Below are positions 24,748 to 33,365 of a DNA stretch of 35,499 nt, in pieces (the stretch's first letter is position 1; each line of letters begins with the position of its first letter). This stretch comes from a virus. Its lineage: Duplodnaviria; Caudoviricetes. Where the stretch lies: IMG/VR virus record IMGVR_UViG_3300011335_000224, positions 1 to 35,499 of that record. One strand, given 5' to 3'. The position numbers and the translations under genes are program-made. The notes below the pieces were generated by a model that was not told where the DNA came from, ran no database searches, and saw only the letters and a program-made list of their open reading frames with translations.

Positions 24748-25935
24748 ATGGCAATAACAGTTAACTCAATACCCGAACAATACGCATCACTTCACGATGA
24801 ACTTTGGTTCGTGGTGGATTCTACCAATAAATCATCATCAAACTTCAAATATGTCTTTGATGTGTACGTTGATTCAACATTAGTGGCAAGGATTAAGCAG
24901 TTTCCTGATGTGGCAAGTACAAAAGGAATCTTTAACGCAGGGAACATTATGCGGAATTATGCTCAATCTTATTTTATACCTAACCCTACTGCAACCCTTT
25001 TTAGTGGTTCAAATGATAGCATTTATAAGGAATATACGATTAAATACGGAGAGGAATACGGAGGGGTAACGTATACTAACTTGGTAACTCAAAGTTATGT
25101 AGCCTTCAACTTTTATTATCCTGATTTTTATAATCCTACACAATCTCCAACATATTATAAGTCTTATCTAAACAAATGGTTAACCAATAGGGATTTAAGC
25201 AATGTTGAATGTGCATTTACTGATAAGTTGCATATCGGATATATGAATGCAAGTGGGGTAACTACAAATGTCTATCCATCACTTCAACTATACAATGAGA
25301 ACGGAAGTACAAGCGGAAGTGCAATAACTACGGGAACAGACCCACAAAATACATTTAGTCTATTGGATATCTCACCAGGGGGTATAAATGATTGGTATGG
25401 TTCAACTGTCATCCCATCAACTGCTTATGCATACGGAATCAAGTTGCATAACGGTACTTCATTCGGTCCTGAGACAAAGGTTAAACTTGTTTGCAATCCG
25501 AACTACACACCGATTGCATTGCACTTCCTAAATCAATTAGGAGGATATGATACGATGCATTTCCGATTGGTGAATAAACAATCAAGGCAAACCGAATCTA
25601 AACAATACGAGGGCAATAAGTTTAGGTACAATAGTTCTGCGACTGCGATGCGGTCCTATGATGATTACAACCGAATCAACCCAGGTGCTACCAAGTACGT
25701 TGTTGAGCATACAACATTATACAAACTGCGAAGTAATTACTTAAATGTAACTGACTATAACTGGTTAGCGGAGTTAATACAATCACCCGAAGTATACTTT
25801 GAACAAGGTGGATTCTATTATCCGATTGTGACAATGACAAGCAATTGGGAGGAAAAGAAAAGGATTTCTGATAAGATGTTTAACCTTGAACTTGATGTAC
25901 AGATAGCGAACAAAAAATATAGTCAATTCCGATGA
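24748..25935 (+). CDS. Virion tail structural protein
   Basis: 395 aa, beta-rich, FLNQLGGYD...LIQSPEVY; located in the tail module. Confidence 0.6.
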   Translation: MAITVNSIPEQYASLHDELWFVVDSTNKSSSNFKYVFDVYVDSTLVARIKQFPDVASTKGIFNAGNIMRNYAQSYFIPNPTATLFSGSNDSIYKEYTIKYGEEYGGVTYTNLVTQSYVAFNFYYPDFYNPTQSPTYYKSYLNKWLTNRDLSNVECAFTDKLHIGYMNASGVTTNVYPSLQLYNENGSTSGSAITTGTDPQNTFSLLDISPGGINDWYGSTVIPSTAYAYGIKLHNGTSFGPETKVKLVCNPNYTPIALHFLNQLGGYDTMHFRLVNKQSRQTESKQYEGNKFRYNSSATAMRSYDDYNRINPGATKYVVEHTTLYKLRSNYLNVTDYNWLAELIQSPEVYFEQGGFYYPIVTMTSNWEEKKRISDKMFNLELDVQIANKKYSQFR

Positions 25936-27965
25936 GGACAGAGATTTACATTGATGGTTACAAACTTGATTTAACGAAGGACATATCTGCGGAGTTTACC
26001 TATGCCATTGATGAGATACAAGACTTTGCAACCCGTAACACTTCATTCAGTAAAACAATAGTACTACCTGGAAATGATAATAACAATAAACTATTCGGTA
26101 ATGTATTTGAATTCGGGATATCCAATTCATATAACTCAGCAGAACCCAATGTGGGTTACAACTTTAACGCAACCAAGTCTGTACCATGTATCATCTTGGT
26201 AGATAAGATACAAATCTTTAAAGGTGTATTGCGTTTGCTTGAAATCATTATTGATGGCAAGACCATTGAATATGAGGTGGCGGTTTTTGGTGAACTTGGT
26301 GGGTTTATAACTGCTTTAGGAAATAGCAAGTTAGAGGATATTGATTTCGGTATAGCAGATACGGCATGGACTGCCTCAAACATTTCAAGCAGTTGGGATA
26401 ACATTAGCGGAACTGGGGTTTACTTCCCTTTGATTGATTATGGTGGAGAATCTACCAATAAGGTTGATTTCTCTTATGATGCTTTCAGACCTGCATTATA
26501 TGTGAAGCAATACCTTGAAAAGATAATAACCAATTCGGGTTACACTTGGGATTTCCCTTTGTTAAGTACTGCATTGATGAATCGGTTAATTATTCCTAAC
26601 AATCAAAAGCAGTTATTTAAAAATAGTCAAACGGCATTTAAAGCATCAGTAACGGATGTAACATATACATCAGCATCAGCAGTTCAATTCACTGGTATAA
26701 CACTTGGTTCATTTACGCTGAACGCAGGAAATGACTTAATAACTTTTGGCGGTGCAAGTGCAATAAGTACAAACATATCGTTAATGATATCGGGGCAGAT
26801 TAATACAATTGACCCGAATAATACATTCGTAAACTTTGAGTTTATGAAGAACTCAACCTTATTAGCAGTTGAGATTATTAATGCATCTTTTACTCCATAC
26901 TATTTTACAGTAAATTTATCAGTATTAAACTTAACAATTAACCCAGGGGATAACCTTGCAGTTAATGTGGTTACTTCAGGATTGCCTCCAAACTATCGTC
27001 TTTATGGAGATGATTTTAAGATAGAAACTACAAACCCTACACAAGTACAAATAAATTACGGGGATAGCATTGTCATAAACGATACAATACCCAAAGGAGT
27101 TTTTCAGAAGGATTTCTTTGCTTCCATTGTTAAAATGTTCAATCTATATGTTTATGAGGATAAGTTAATTGAGAAAAAACTTATCATTAAACCATTTATT
27201 GACTTCTATGATGGTACTAAGATAGATTGGACCGATAAGGTGGACAGAGGCAGTGTTATTAGATTAAAACCTATGAGTGAGTTCACTGCAAGGTATTATG
27301 ATTATAGATACAAGCAAGACAATGACTTTTATGCTGAGAACTATCGCAAGAAGTTCAATGAAGGGTATGGTGATTTTATTTACGATAGTGAGAATGAGTT
27401 TGTTAAGGAAGTTGATGCAACAGAGTTAATTTTTGCAGGTACTACATTATTTCAAGCAACTTCAACTGATAAGATTTATTCTGCGATATATAAGAAGTCC
27501 AATGCCAATGCTGCTGAAGATAAGATGGATTCTGTTATAAGGATTCTCCAAGCAAAGAAGATAACTGGTAGAACAAGTTGGGCAATGAAGAACGGGGCAA
27601 CTACTTTGGCATCTTATACTACATACGGATATGCAGGGCATCTTGATGACCCATTCAATCCGCAGGATGATATTAACTGGGGAGTACCTAAAGAAGTATA
27701 TTATACACCATCTGCTTATACTACTGCAAATCTATTCAATGGGTATTGGTCTGAGTACATTGCAGAGATAACCGATAAGGATAGTAAGTTACTTACTTGC
27801 TCGGTAAAATTAAATGAGGTTGATATCTATAATCTTGATTTTAGTAAACTGATTTATATTGATGGTTCACTTTGGAGGTTGAATAAAGTCTTGGATTATA
27901 ACCCGATGGACTTTAACACCACAAAGGTTGAACTTCTTAAAGTAATTGAATTAAATTATATTTAG
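25932..27965 (+). CDS. Tail tip/hub structural protein
   Basis: 677 aa, SFSKTIVLPG and FFASIVKMFNL patterns; adjacent to the tape measure gene. Confidence 0.6.
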   Translation: MRTEIYIDGYKLDLTKDISAEFTYAIDEIQDFATRNTSFSKTIVLPGNDNNNKLFGNVFEFGISNSYNSAEPNVGYNFNATKSVPCIILVDKIQIFKGVLRLLEIIIDGKTIEYEVAVFGELGGFITALGNSKLEDIDFGIADTAWTASNISSSWDNISGTGVYFPLIDYGGESTNKVDFSYDAFRPALYVKQYLEKIITNSGYTWDFPLLSTALMNRLIIPNNQKQLFKNSQTAFKASVTDVTYTSASAVQFTGITLGSFTLNAGNDLITFGGASAISTNISLMISGQINTIDPNNTFVNFEFMKNSTLLAVEIINASFTPYYFTVNLSVLNLTINPGDNLAVNVVTSGLPPNYRLYGDDFKIETTNPTQVQINYGDSIVINDTIPKGVFQKDFFASIVKMFNLYVYEDKLIEKKLIIKPFIDFYDGTKIDWTDKVDRGSVIRLKPMSEFTARYYDYRYKQDNDFYAENYRKKFNEGYGDFIYDSENEFVKEVDATELIFAGTTLFQATSTDKIYSAIYKKSNANAAEDKMDSVIRILQAKKITGRTSWAMKNGATTLASYTTYGYAGHLDDPFNPQDDINWGVPKEVYYTPSAYTTANLFNGYWSEYIAEITDKDSKLLTCSVKLNEVDIYNLDFSKLIYIDGSLWRLNKVLDYNPMDFNTTKVELLKVIELNYI

Positions 27966-29669
27966 ATGGCAGAAGAAATAATTGGTGTCAAGGTACAAGT
28001 TGATGCGAGTGATGTAGGCAAGTCGGTTGGTTCACTAAAACAACAACTAAGGGAAGCACAAGCGGAAGTTACTGCTTTGTCTGATAAATTTGGTGCAACA
28101 TCAAAGGAAGCAGTTAACGCAGCAAAGAAGGCAGCAGAATTAAAGGATAGAATCGGAGATGCAAAAGCGTTAACAGATGCGTTTAATCCTGATGCAAAGT
28201 TCAAAGCATTAACGGCATCACTTTCAGGTGTTGCAGGTGGGTTCGCTGCTGTCCAGGGTGCTATTGGTTTATTTGGTGCAGAGAGTAAAGAGGTAGAGCA
28301 AACACTTTTGAAGGTGCAGTCAGTAATGGCATTCTCACAAGGTATTCAAGCAATAGGCGAAAGTGTTGATTCGTTCAAGCAATTAGGTGCAGTTATACAA
28401 AGTACAACGGCATTCCAAAAGATAAACAATGCAGTTACTGCTTTGACGGGGACTGTAATGAAAACTTTGGGTTTTGCAGTAGAAACTACCTCAACATCCT
28501 TCAAGGTTCTTAAAGGTGCTATTGCTGCAACTGGTATAGGTTTACTTGTAGTTGCAGTAGGTGAATTGGTTAATGCTTTTCAGAACTATCAATCAGCAGC
28601 GGAGAAGGCAAAAAAGGCACAAGATGACCTAAACGCATCAACAAAGAAAGGGGCAGAGGTAGCACTTGAAGCAGAACTTGCAACAATAGACTTACAAAAC
28701 CAATTACTTGTTGCACAAGCAAAAGCAAAAGGGGCAAGTGAGGCAGAAATTAGAAAAATAGAAGAACAATCAGGTAGATTAAGAATAGCAGCAAGAAAGA
28801 GATTTCAAAATGAAATAGCAAATATAGACCAAGAGGCTGCTACTAAGAATCAACTTGAAATAAAAAAGCAACAAATAGCATCACAAGTTGCAAACTTAAA
28901 TGCTGAAGGTGCAGAGGTTGCAAGAAAGAAAGCAATAAGAGAAGCAGAAGCACAAAAAGAAAAAGAAAGAATTGCACAAGAAAGAAAGGATTTTGCAGAA
29001 GCACAAGAATTAATTCGTAGAGAAAGGGAACTTGCCACTAATCTTGCAAAAACACAAATCATTGGAGTTAGTTCAGCAGGTAAAGAAGCATTGATTGCAA
29101 CACAAGTAACTGCACAAGGTGTAACTAATGCAATTGTAGTATCTGCAACAGAACAAGCAGATGCAAAGAAGAAGTTAACCGATTATGAAAAGCAACTTGA
29201 ACAACAGAAATTTGATGCTCAAGTAGGTCTTGCTCAACAATCTTTGTCAATTATTGGCGGTCTTGTTGACCAAAATAGTGCAGCAGGTAAGGCAATCGCA
29301 GTAACCCAAGCAATCATCAATACTTATCAAGGTGCATCCAAAGCAATTGCCCAGGGTGGAATATTTGGACCAGTAGCAGCAGCAGCGACTATCGCAGCAG
29401 GTTTAATTAATGTTAAAAAGATTATCAGTACAAAGATACCATCTGCAAAAGGTGGTGGTGGTGTAGCGGATTCAGGTGGACAATCAATGTCTATGGCATC
29501 TGCACCAATAGGAGTACAGATACCAACAATGAACACAGTCACACAATTAAACCAATCATCTATAAACCAAATGGGTTCGGCAACTGGAAGGGCATACGTT
29601 GTAGAATCAGATATTACAAACCAACAAGAAAAAATAATAAGAATCAACCGAGCAGCAAGGCTTGGTTAA
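27966..29669 (+). CDS. Tail tape measure protein
   Basis: 567 aa, Ala/Gln/Lys-rich helical protein with hydrophobic AIAATGIGLLVVAVG stretch and C-terminal RAYVVESDIT. Confidence 0.8.
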   Translation: MAEEIIGVKVQVDASDVGKSVGSLKQQLREAQAEVTALSDKFGATSKEAVNAAKKAAELKDRIGDAKALTDAFNPDAKFKALTASLSGVAGGFAAVQGAIGLFGAESKEVEQTLLKVQSVMAFSQGIQAIGESVDSFKQLGAVIQSTTAFQKINNAVTALTGTVMKTLGFAVETTSTSFKVLKGAIAATGIGLLVVAVGELVNAFQNYQSAAEKAKKAQDDLNASTKKGAEVALEAELATIDLQNQLLVAQAKAKGASEAEIRKIEEQSGRLRIAARKRFQNEIANIDQEAATKNQLEIKKQQIASQVANLNAEGAEVARKKAIREAEAQKEKERIAQERKDFAEAQELIRRERELATNLAKTQIIGVSSAGKEALIATQVTAQGVTNAIVVSATEQADAKKKLTDYEKQLEQQKFDAQVGLAQQSLSIIGGLVDQNSAAGKAIAVTQAIINTYQGASKAIAQGGIFGPVAAAATIAAGLINVKKIISTKIPSAKGGGGVADSGGQSMSMASAPIGVQIPTMNTVTQLNQSSINQMGSATGRAYVVESDITNQQEKIIRINRAARLG

Positions 29670-29679
29670 AATTTAAGCA

Positions 29680-30705
29680 ATGGAAAAGAACATACCAATT
29701 TACAATTTAGAGATAACAAGCGACCTTGAAGATGATGTGGAGGTAGACGTAGTAAGTTTGGTTGACAGACCTGCCATAGAGCGTCAGTTCCTTTTATTTA
29801 AGGATGAGAAGTTTATCAATCCAAGTAAAGGAGAACATAAAGAAGAATTCTTACCAAGATGCATTTCTTATGTAATTAATGAAGGTAAAGAATCAGAACA
29901 AGCGGTTGCAATCTGCAATTCTATATGGGATGAACATTTTGCAAATGAGAAGATATCTTTTGATTTTGATGATACATTAAGCACTCAAAGAGGTCAGGAA
30001 TTGGCATTGAGCAAAATAAAAGCAGGTGCAGTAGTTTATATCATCTCTGCAAGGAATAGCACAGATGGGATGTTTACTATTGCTGATGAATTAGGAATTC
30101 CTCATAGTAGGGTCTATGCAACGGGTTCAAATAAGGCAAAGGTTGAGAAGATTAAAGAACTGGGAATCAGTAAACATTATGATAACAACTCTGATGTTAT
30201 TGCTGAACTTGGTGGAATCGGTGAGAAGTTCCAATTCAGTAAACAAAACTTTGCCATACAGAATGAGGAAGAAAGAATCATTAGCGGTCCTTTGATGTTA
30301 GCAGATACCCCAATTTACAGAAACGATGACAATGGGGAGTATTATGTGGTTTTCACCAAAGAAACGATAAAAAAGATTGCACAAAGGTTTTTTAAGAAAG
30401 GTTACCAGTCAAATGTGAATCTGATGCACGAGCAAGGAAACTTGACTGAGGGAATGACCATGTTTGAATCTTGGATCAAGGATGAGAAAAGGGGAATTAA
30501 AGCAATGAAGGGTTTTGAGGATGTACCTGATGGGTCTTGGTTTGGTTCTTTCAAAGTTGATAATGATGAGGTGTGGCAGATGGTAAAAGATGGAAAGGTT
30601 AGGGGATTTAGTGTTGAGGGGCAATTTAACTACCGAAAAACGGGGGATAAGAAGATAGAACAATTATGGGCAAACGTATTGGATGTACTTGCTCAAATCG
30701 GCTAA
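29680..30705 (+). CDS. Prohead protease (XkdF-like) with inserted HAD-like domain
   Basis: VSLVDRPAIE, IISGPLMLAD..IYR, NLMH, GSW, VKDGKVRGFSVEG; insert begins ISFDFDDTL. Confidence 0.8.
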   Translation: MEKNIPIYNLEITSDLEDDVEVDVVSLVDRPAIERQFLLFKDEKFINPSKGEHKEEFLPRCISYVINEGKESEQAVAICNSIWDEHFANEKISFDFDDTLSTQRGQELALSKIKAGAVVYIISARNSTDGMFTIADELGIPHSRVYATGSNKAKVEKIKELGISKHYDNNSDVIAELGGIGEKFQFSKQNFAIQNEEERIISGPLMLADTPIYRNDDNGEYYVVFTKETIKKIAQRFFKKGYQSNVNLMHEQGNLTEGMTMFESWIKDEKRGIKAMKGFEDVPDGSWFGSFKVDNDEVWQMVKDGKVRGFSVEGQFNYRKTGDKKIEQLWANVLDVLAQIG

Positions 30706-30737
30706 AAATGCCTATATGGTACATGGTAAAATAGTAA

Positions 30738-30744
30738 CTATTTA
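30738..30744 (+). promoter_or_regulatory. Candidate late promoter motif CTATTTA
   Basis: GGTACA-N14-CTATTTA before the scaffold/capsid genes. Confidence 0.5.
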
Positions 30745-30759
30745 TAACTAAAGATATTT

Positions 30760-31344
30760 ATGACAACATTGGAAGCAATTAATAAGATTAAGCAAATGTT
30801 CGCTGAAGCAGGGGAACTCCCAGTTGCATCAGTAGAACCGACACAATCCTTTGCGGAATATTCTTTGAAAAGCGGTGCTAAAGTAATGATTGATAAGTTG
30901 GAAGTAGGTGGTAAGGTTTCTCTTGTTGATGAGGCAGGAGTTGAAACCCCTGCACCTGCTGGAGAGCATGAGTTGATTGATGGTTCTGTAATCGTTCTTG
31001 ATGAAAACAGTATCATCTTAGAAGTTAAAGCACCTATGGCAGAAATGCCTGAAGGTCCTGAAGATGAAGCACCTATGCCAGTTGCTGAGGACTTAATGAA
31101 GAATAAGATTGAGGAAATGCAGAAGCAACTTGATGAGATTAAGATGGCATACGATGCCAAACTTGCATCACAAGAATTGAAGTTCAGCAAGGGAATCAGC
31201 GACATCTCCGATGTTTTGGTTCAGTTGATTAATACTCCATCTGCTAACGCAACCGAGCAACCAAAAGACAAGTTTAACGTACACGTTGAAAGCAAAGATG
31301 ACAAAGTAGGTCGTTTCCTTGCATTCGCAAAATCAATTAAGTAA
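30760..31344 (+). CDS. Capsid scaffolding protein
   Basis: Acidic, PAPAGEHEL.DG motif and coiled coil; lies between protease and capsid. Confidence 0.7.
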   Translation: MTTLEAINKIKQMFAEAGELPVASVEPTQSFAEYSLKSGAKVMIDKLEVGGKVSLVDEAGVETPAPAGEHELIDGSVIVLDENSIILEVKAPMAEMPEGPEDEAPMPVAEDLMKNKIEEMQKQLDEIKMAYDAKLASQELKFSKGISDISDVLVQLINTPSANATEQPKDKFNVHVESKDDKVGRFLAFAKSIK

Positions 31345-31374
31345 AAATTTCTCAAACAATAAAAATTAAATAAA

Positions 31375-32325
31375 ATGAGTTTTAGTGTAGGAACATTAGC
31401 TGCATATACAAAAGAGAATGAGCAACTGCTTGTATCTGCTTCTGTACTTGGTAGCAAAACTGCTGGTCTGATTAAAGACCAAGGTAACGTTATGGTAGGT
31501 GTTAAATCTGCCGAAACCATCAACATCATGAACACAGATGCTATCTTCCAAGATGGTTCTTCTTGTGGATTCAATGCTTCAGGTTTGACTTCCTTTACCC
31601 AAAGGACTGTAACTGTTGGTAAAATCAAAGTTAACGAAGCACTTTGTATGAAAGACCTGGAGAGCAAGTATCTCCAAAAGGCACTCCCTGCTGGTAGCCG
31701 TTATGATTCAATGGTTTACTCTGAGGAATTCTCTAACTTGAAAGCATCTAAAATTGCTTCTCAATTGGAAACTGCTCTTTGGCAAGGTAACACTGGAAGT
31801 GTTGATGTAAACTTGAACAAGTTCAATGGAATACTTTCTTTGATTACAACCGCAGGTGCATCTGTTATCAATGCAAATAGTGTTGCTTATCATGGTTCTG
31901 TTGAAACTTCAATCACAGATACTAACGTAGTTGGAATCTTTGATGATATCTACAAAGCAATCCCTGCTTCTATCGTTGATAAGGATGATGTTGCAATCTT
32001 CTGTGGTATGGATGTTTTCCGCACTTACACTGTTAAACTGAAAACTTCTAACCTTTATCACTATCAGTTTGATGGTAAAGCAAACTCTGAGTTCTACCTC
32101 CCAGGTACTAACATCAAGGTAATTGCAGTACAAGGTTTGAACGGAACTGGTGATATCGTTGCAATGAGAATCTCTAACCTTTTCATCGGAACTGATTTGC
32201 TGAATGAAGAAGAAAGGTTTGAAATTTTCTTCGCCAAAGAAGCAGACCAAGTTCGCTTTGTAGCTGAGTTTAAGATGGGCGTTAACTTCGCCTTCCCTGA
32301 TGAGATTGTTAAGTTCTTCACTTAA
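31375..32325 (+). CDS. Major capsid protein
   Basis: 316 aa after the scaffold; LETALWQG...FNGI pattern; followed by a hairpin. Confidence 0.85.
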   Translation: MSFSVGTLAAYTKENEQLLVSASVLGSKTAGLIKDQGNVMVGVKSAETINIMNTDAIFQDGSSCGFNASGLTSFTQRTVTVGKIKVNEALCMKDLESKYLQKALPAGSRYDSMVYSEEFSNLKASKIASQLETALWQGNTGSVDVNLNKFNGILSLITTAGASVINANSVAYHGSVETSITDTNVVGIFDDIYKAIPASIVDKDDVAIFCGMDVFRTYTVKLKTSNLYHYQFDGKANSEFYLPGTNIKVIAVQGLNGTGDIVAMRISNLFIGTDLLNEEERFEIFFAKEADQVRFVAEFKMGVNFAFPDEIVKFFT

Positions 32326-32331
32326 ATAACA

Positions 32332-32369
32332 AATGAAGCAAGGGGTGTTAATCACTCCTTGCTTTCATT
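32332..32369 (+). terminator. Hairpin after the capsid gene (terminator or mRNA stabiliser)
   Basis: AATGAAGCAAGGGGTG/CACTCCTTGCTTTCATT long stem; weak U tract. Confidence 0.55.
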
Positions 32370-32384
32370 ATAAATTTTTATAAT

Positions 32385-32897
32385 ATGCCGTGTGCTTTAA
32401 CTCAAGGATATACACTGGATTGTAAGGAATCCGTAGGTGGCATTAAAGCGGTTTGGTTTATTCCGTTTGATAATGTCACTGCAATAACAGAAGCCTCGGG
32501 TGTTGTTTCGGCAATCACCAAGAGTGCAGGTAAAGTTTTTTACAAGTACCAACTTGTTAAGCAGACATCTTCTTTGACCGAAAACATTACAGCATCAGTT
32601 GAGAATGGTACTGTTTTCTATGCCCAAGAATTGTCAATCATCCTTAACAAACTTCAAGCAAATACAAGGAATGAAATCTTGCTTCTTGCTAAGAATAATC
32701 TTCTTGCAGTTGTTCAGGATGGCAATGATAAGTATTGGTTACTTGGAAAGGTAAATGGTGCTGATTTGACTGGTGGCAATGGTGCAACTGGTACTGCCTT
32801 CGGTGATAGGAATGGTTATACATTGACCTTCACTGGCAATGAACCTGCACTTGCCCCTGAGGTATCAAGTTCAATAATTGCAGGACTTACTGCGTAA
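32385..32897 (+). CDS. Putative major tail (tube) protein
   Basis: 170 aa, beta-rich, C..SVGGIK and GTAFGDRNGYTLTF; followed by a terminator. Confidence 0.65.
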   Translation: MPCALTQGYTLDCKESVGGIKAVWFIPFDNVTAITEASGVVSAITKSAGKVFYKYQLVKQTSSLTENITASVENGTVFYAQELSIILNKLQANTRNEILLLAKNNLLAVVQDGNDKYWLLGKVNGADLTGGNGATGTAFGDRNGYTLTFTGNEPALAPEVSSSIIAGLTA

Positions 32898-32922
32898 ATA
32901 GGAACATAGGTTTAAAATGAGT

Positions 32923-32953
32923 AGGGCAACCCATAGCGGTTGCCTTTCTTTTT
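32923..32953 (+). terminator. Intrinsic terminator
   Basis: AGGGCAACC/GGTTGCCTT stem, loop CATAGC, then TCTTTTT. Confidence 0.75.
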
Positions 32954-32974
32954 GGGTAAAAGTCAAGGGATTAT

Positions 32975-32981
32975 CTATTTA
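32975..32981 (+). promoter_or_regulatory. Candidate late promoter motif CTATTTA
   Basis: GGTAAA-N14-CTATTTA immediately after a terminator and 6 nt before ATG 32988. Confidence 0.55.
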
Positions 32982-32987
32982 GTATTA

Positions 32988-33365
32988 ATGATACAATTGA
33001 CACAAGGGGCAACTGAGTTCATATACTTAACACTAACTGAGAAGCAGACATTGACTTCTCCGAATTATTTATTCCGTTTTGTCAATAGGACCACACGGGA
33101 TGAGGTTGCTTTTGTTTTATTGAATGCTTTGGATGTATCAATTTATAAGGATAGATACAACAAGTTTAGTATTAAAGTACCTAAATACTTTGGATTGGGA
33201 AACATTGGAGAGTGGTTGTATTATGTCTATGAGCAAACAAGTGCATACAATGTAGATTATACTCAAGCGACTGGATTGCTTGAAGAAGGAATAATGAAAC
33301 TGTCACCATCAACTACTTTTGAGTACACTCAACATGAGGTTGACAATACATATATAACAAGATGA
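32988..33365 (+). CDS. Hypothetical structural protein (125 aa, start revised from 32940)
   Basis: TTG 32940 lies inside a terminator; ATG 32988 follows the late motif; ATGA-coupled to the portal. Confidence 0.65.
   Translation: MIQLTQGATEFIYLTLTEKQTLTSPNYLFRFVNRTTRDEVAFVLLNALDVSIYKDRYNKFSIKVPKYFGLGNIGEWLYYVYEQTSAYNVDYTQATGLLEEGIMKLSPSTTFEYTQHEVDNTYITR

Noticed and set aside
32940-32987. TTG start for ORF 32940-33365
   Set aside because: It lies within a terminator hairpin and the candidate promoter; ATG 32988 is preferred.
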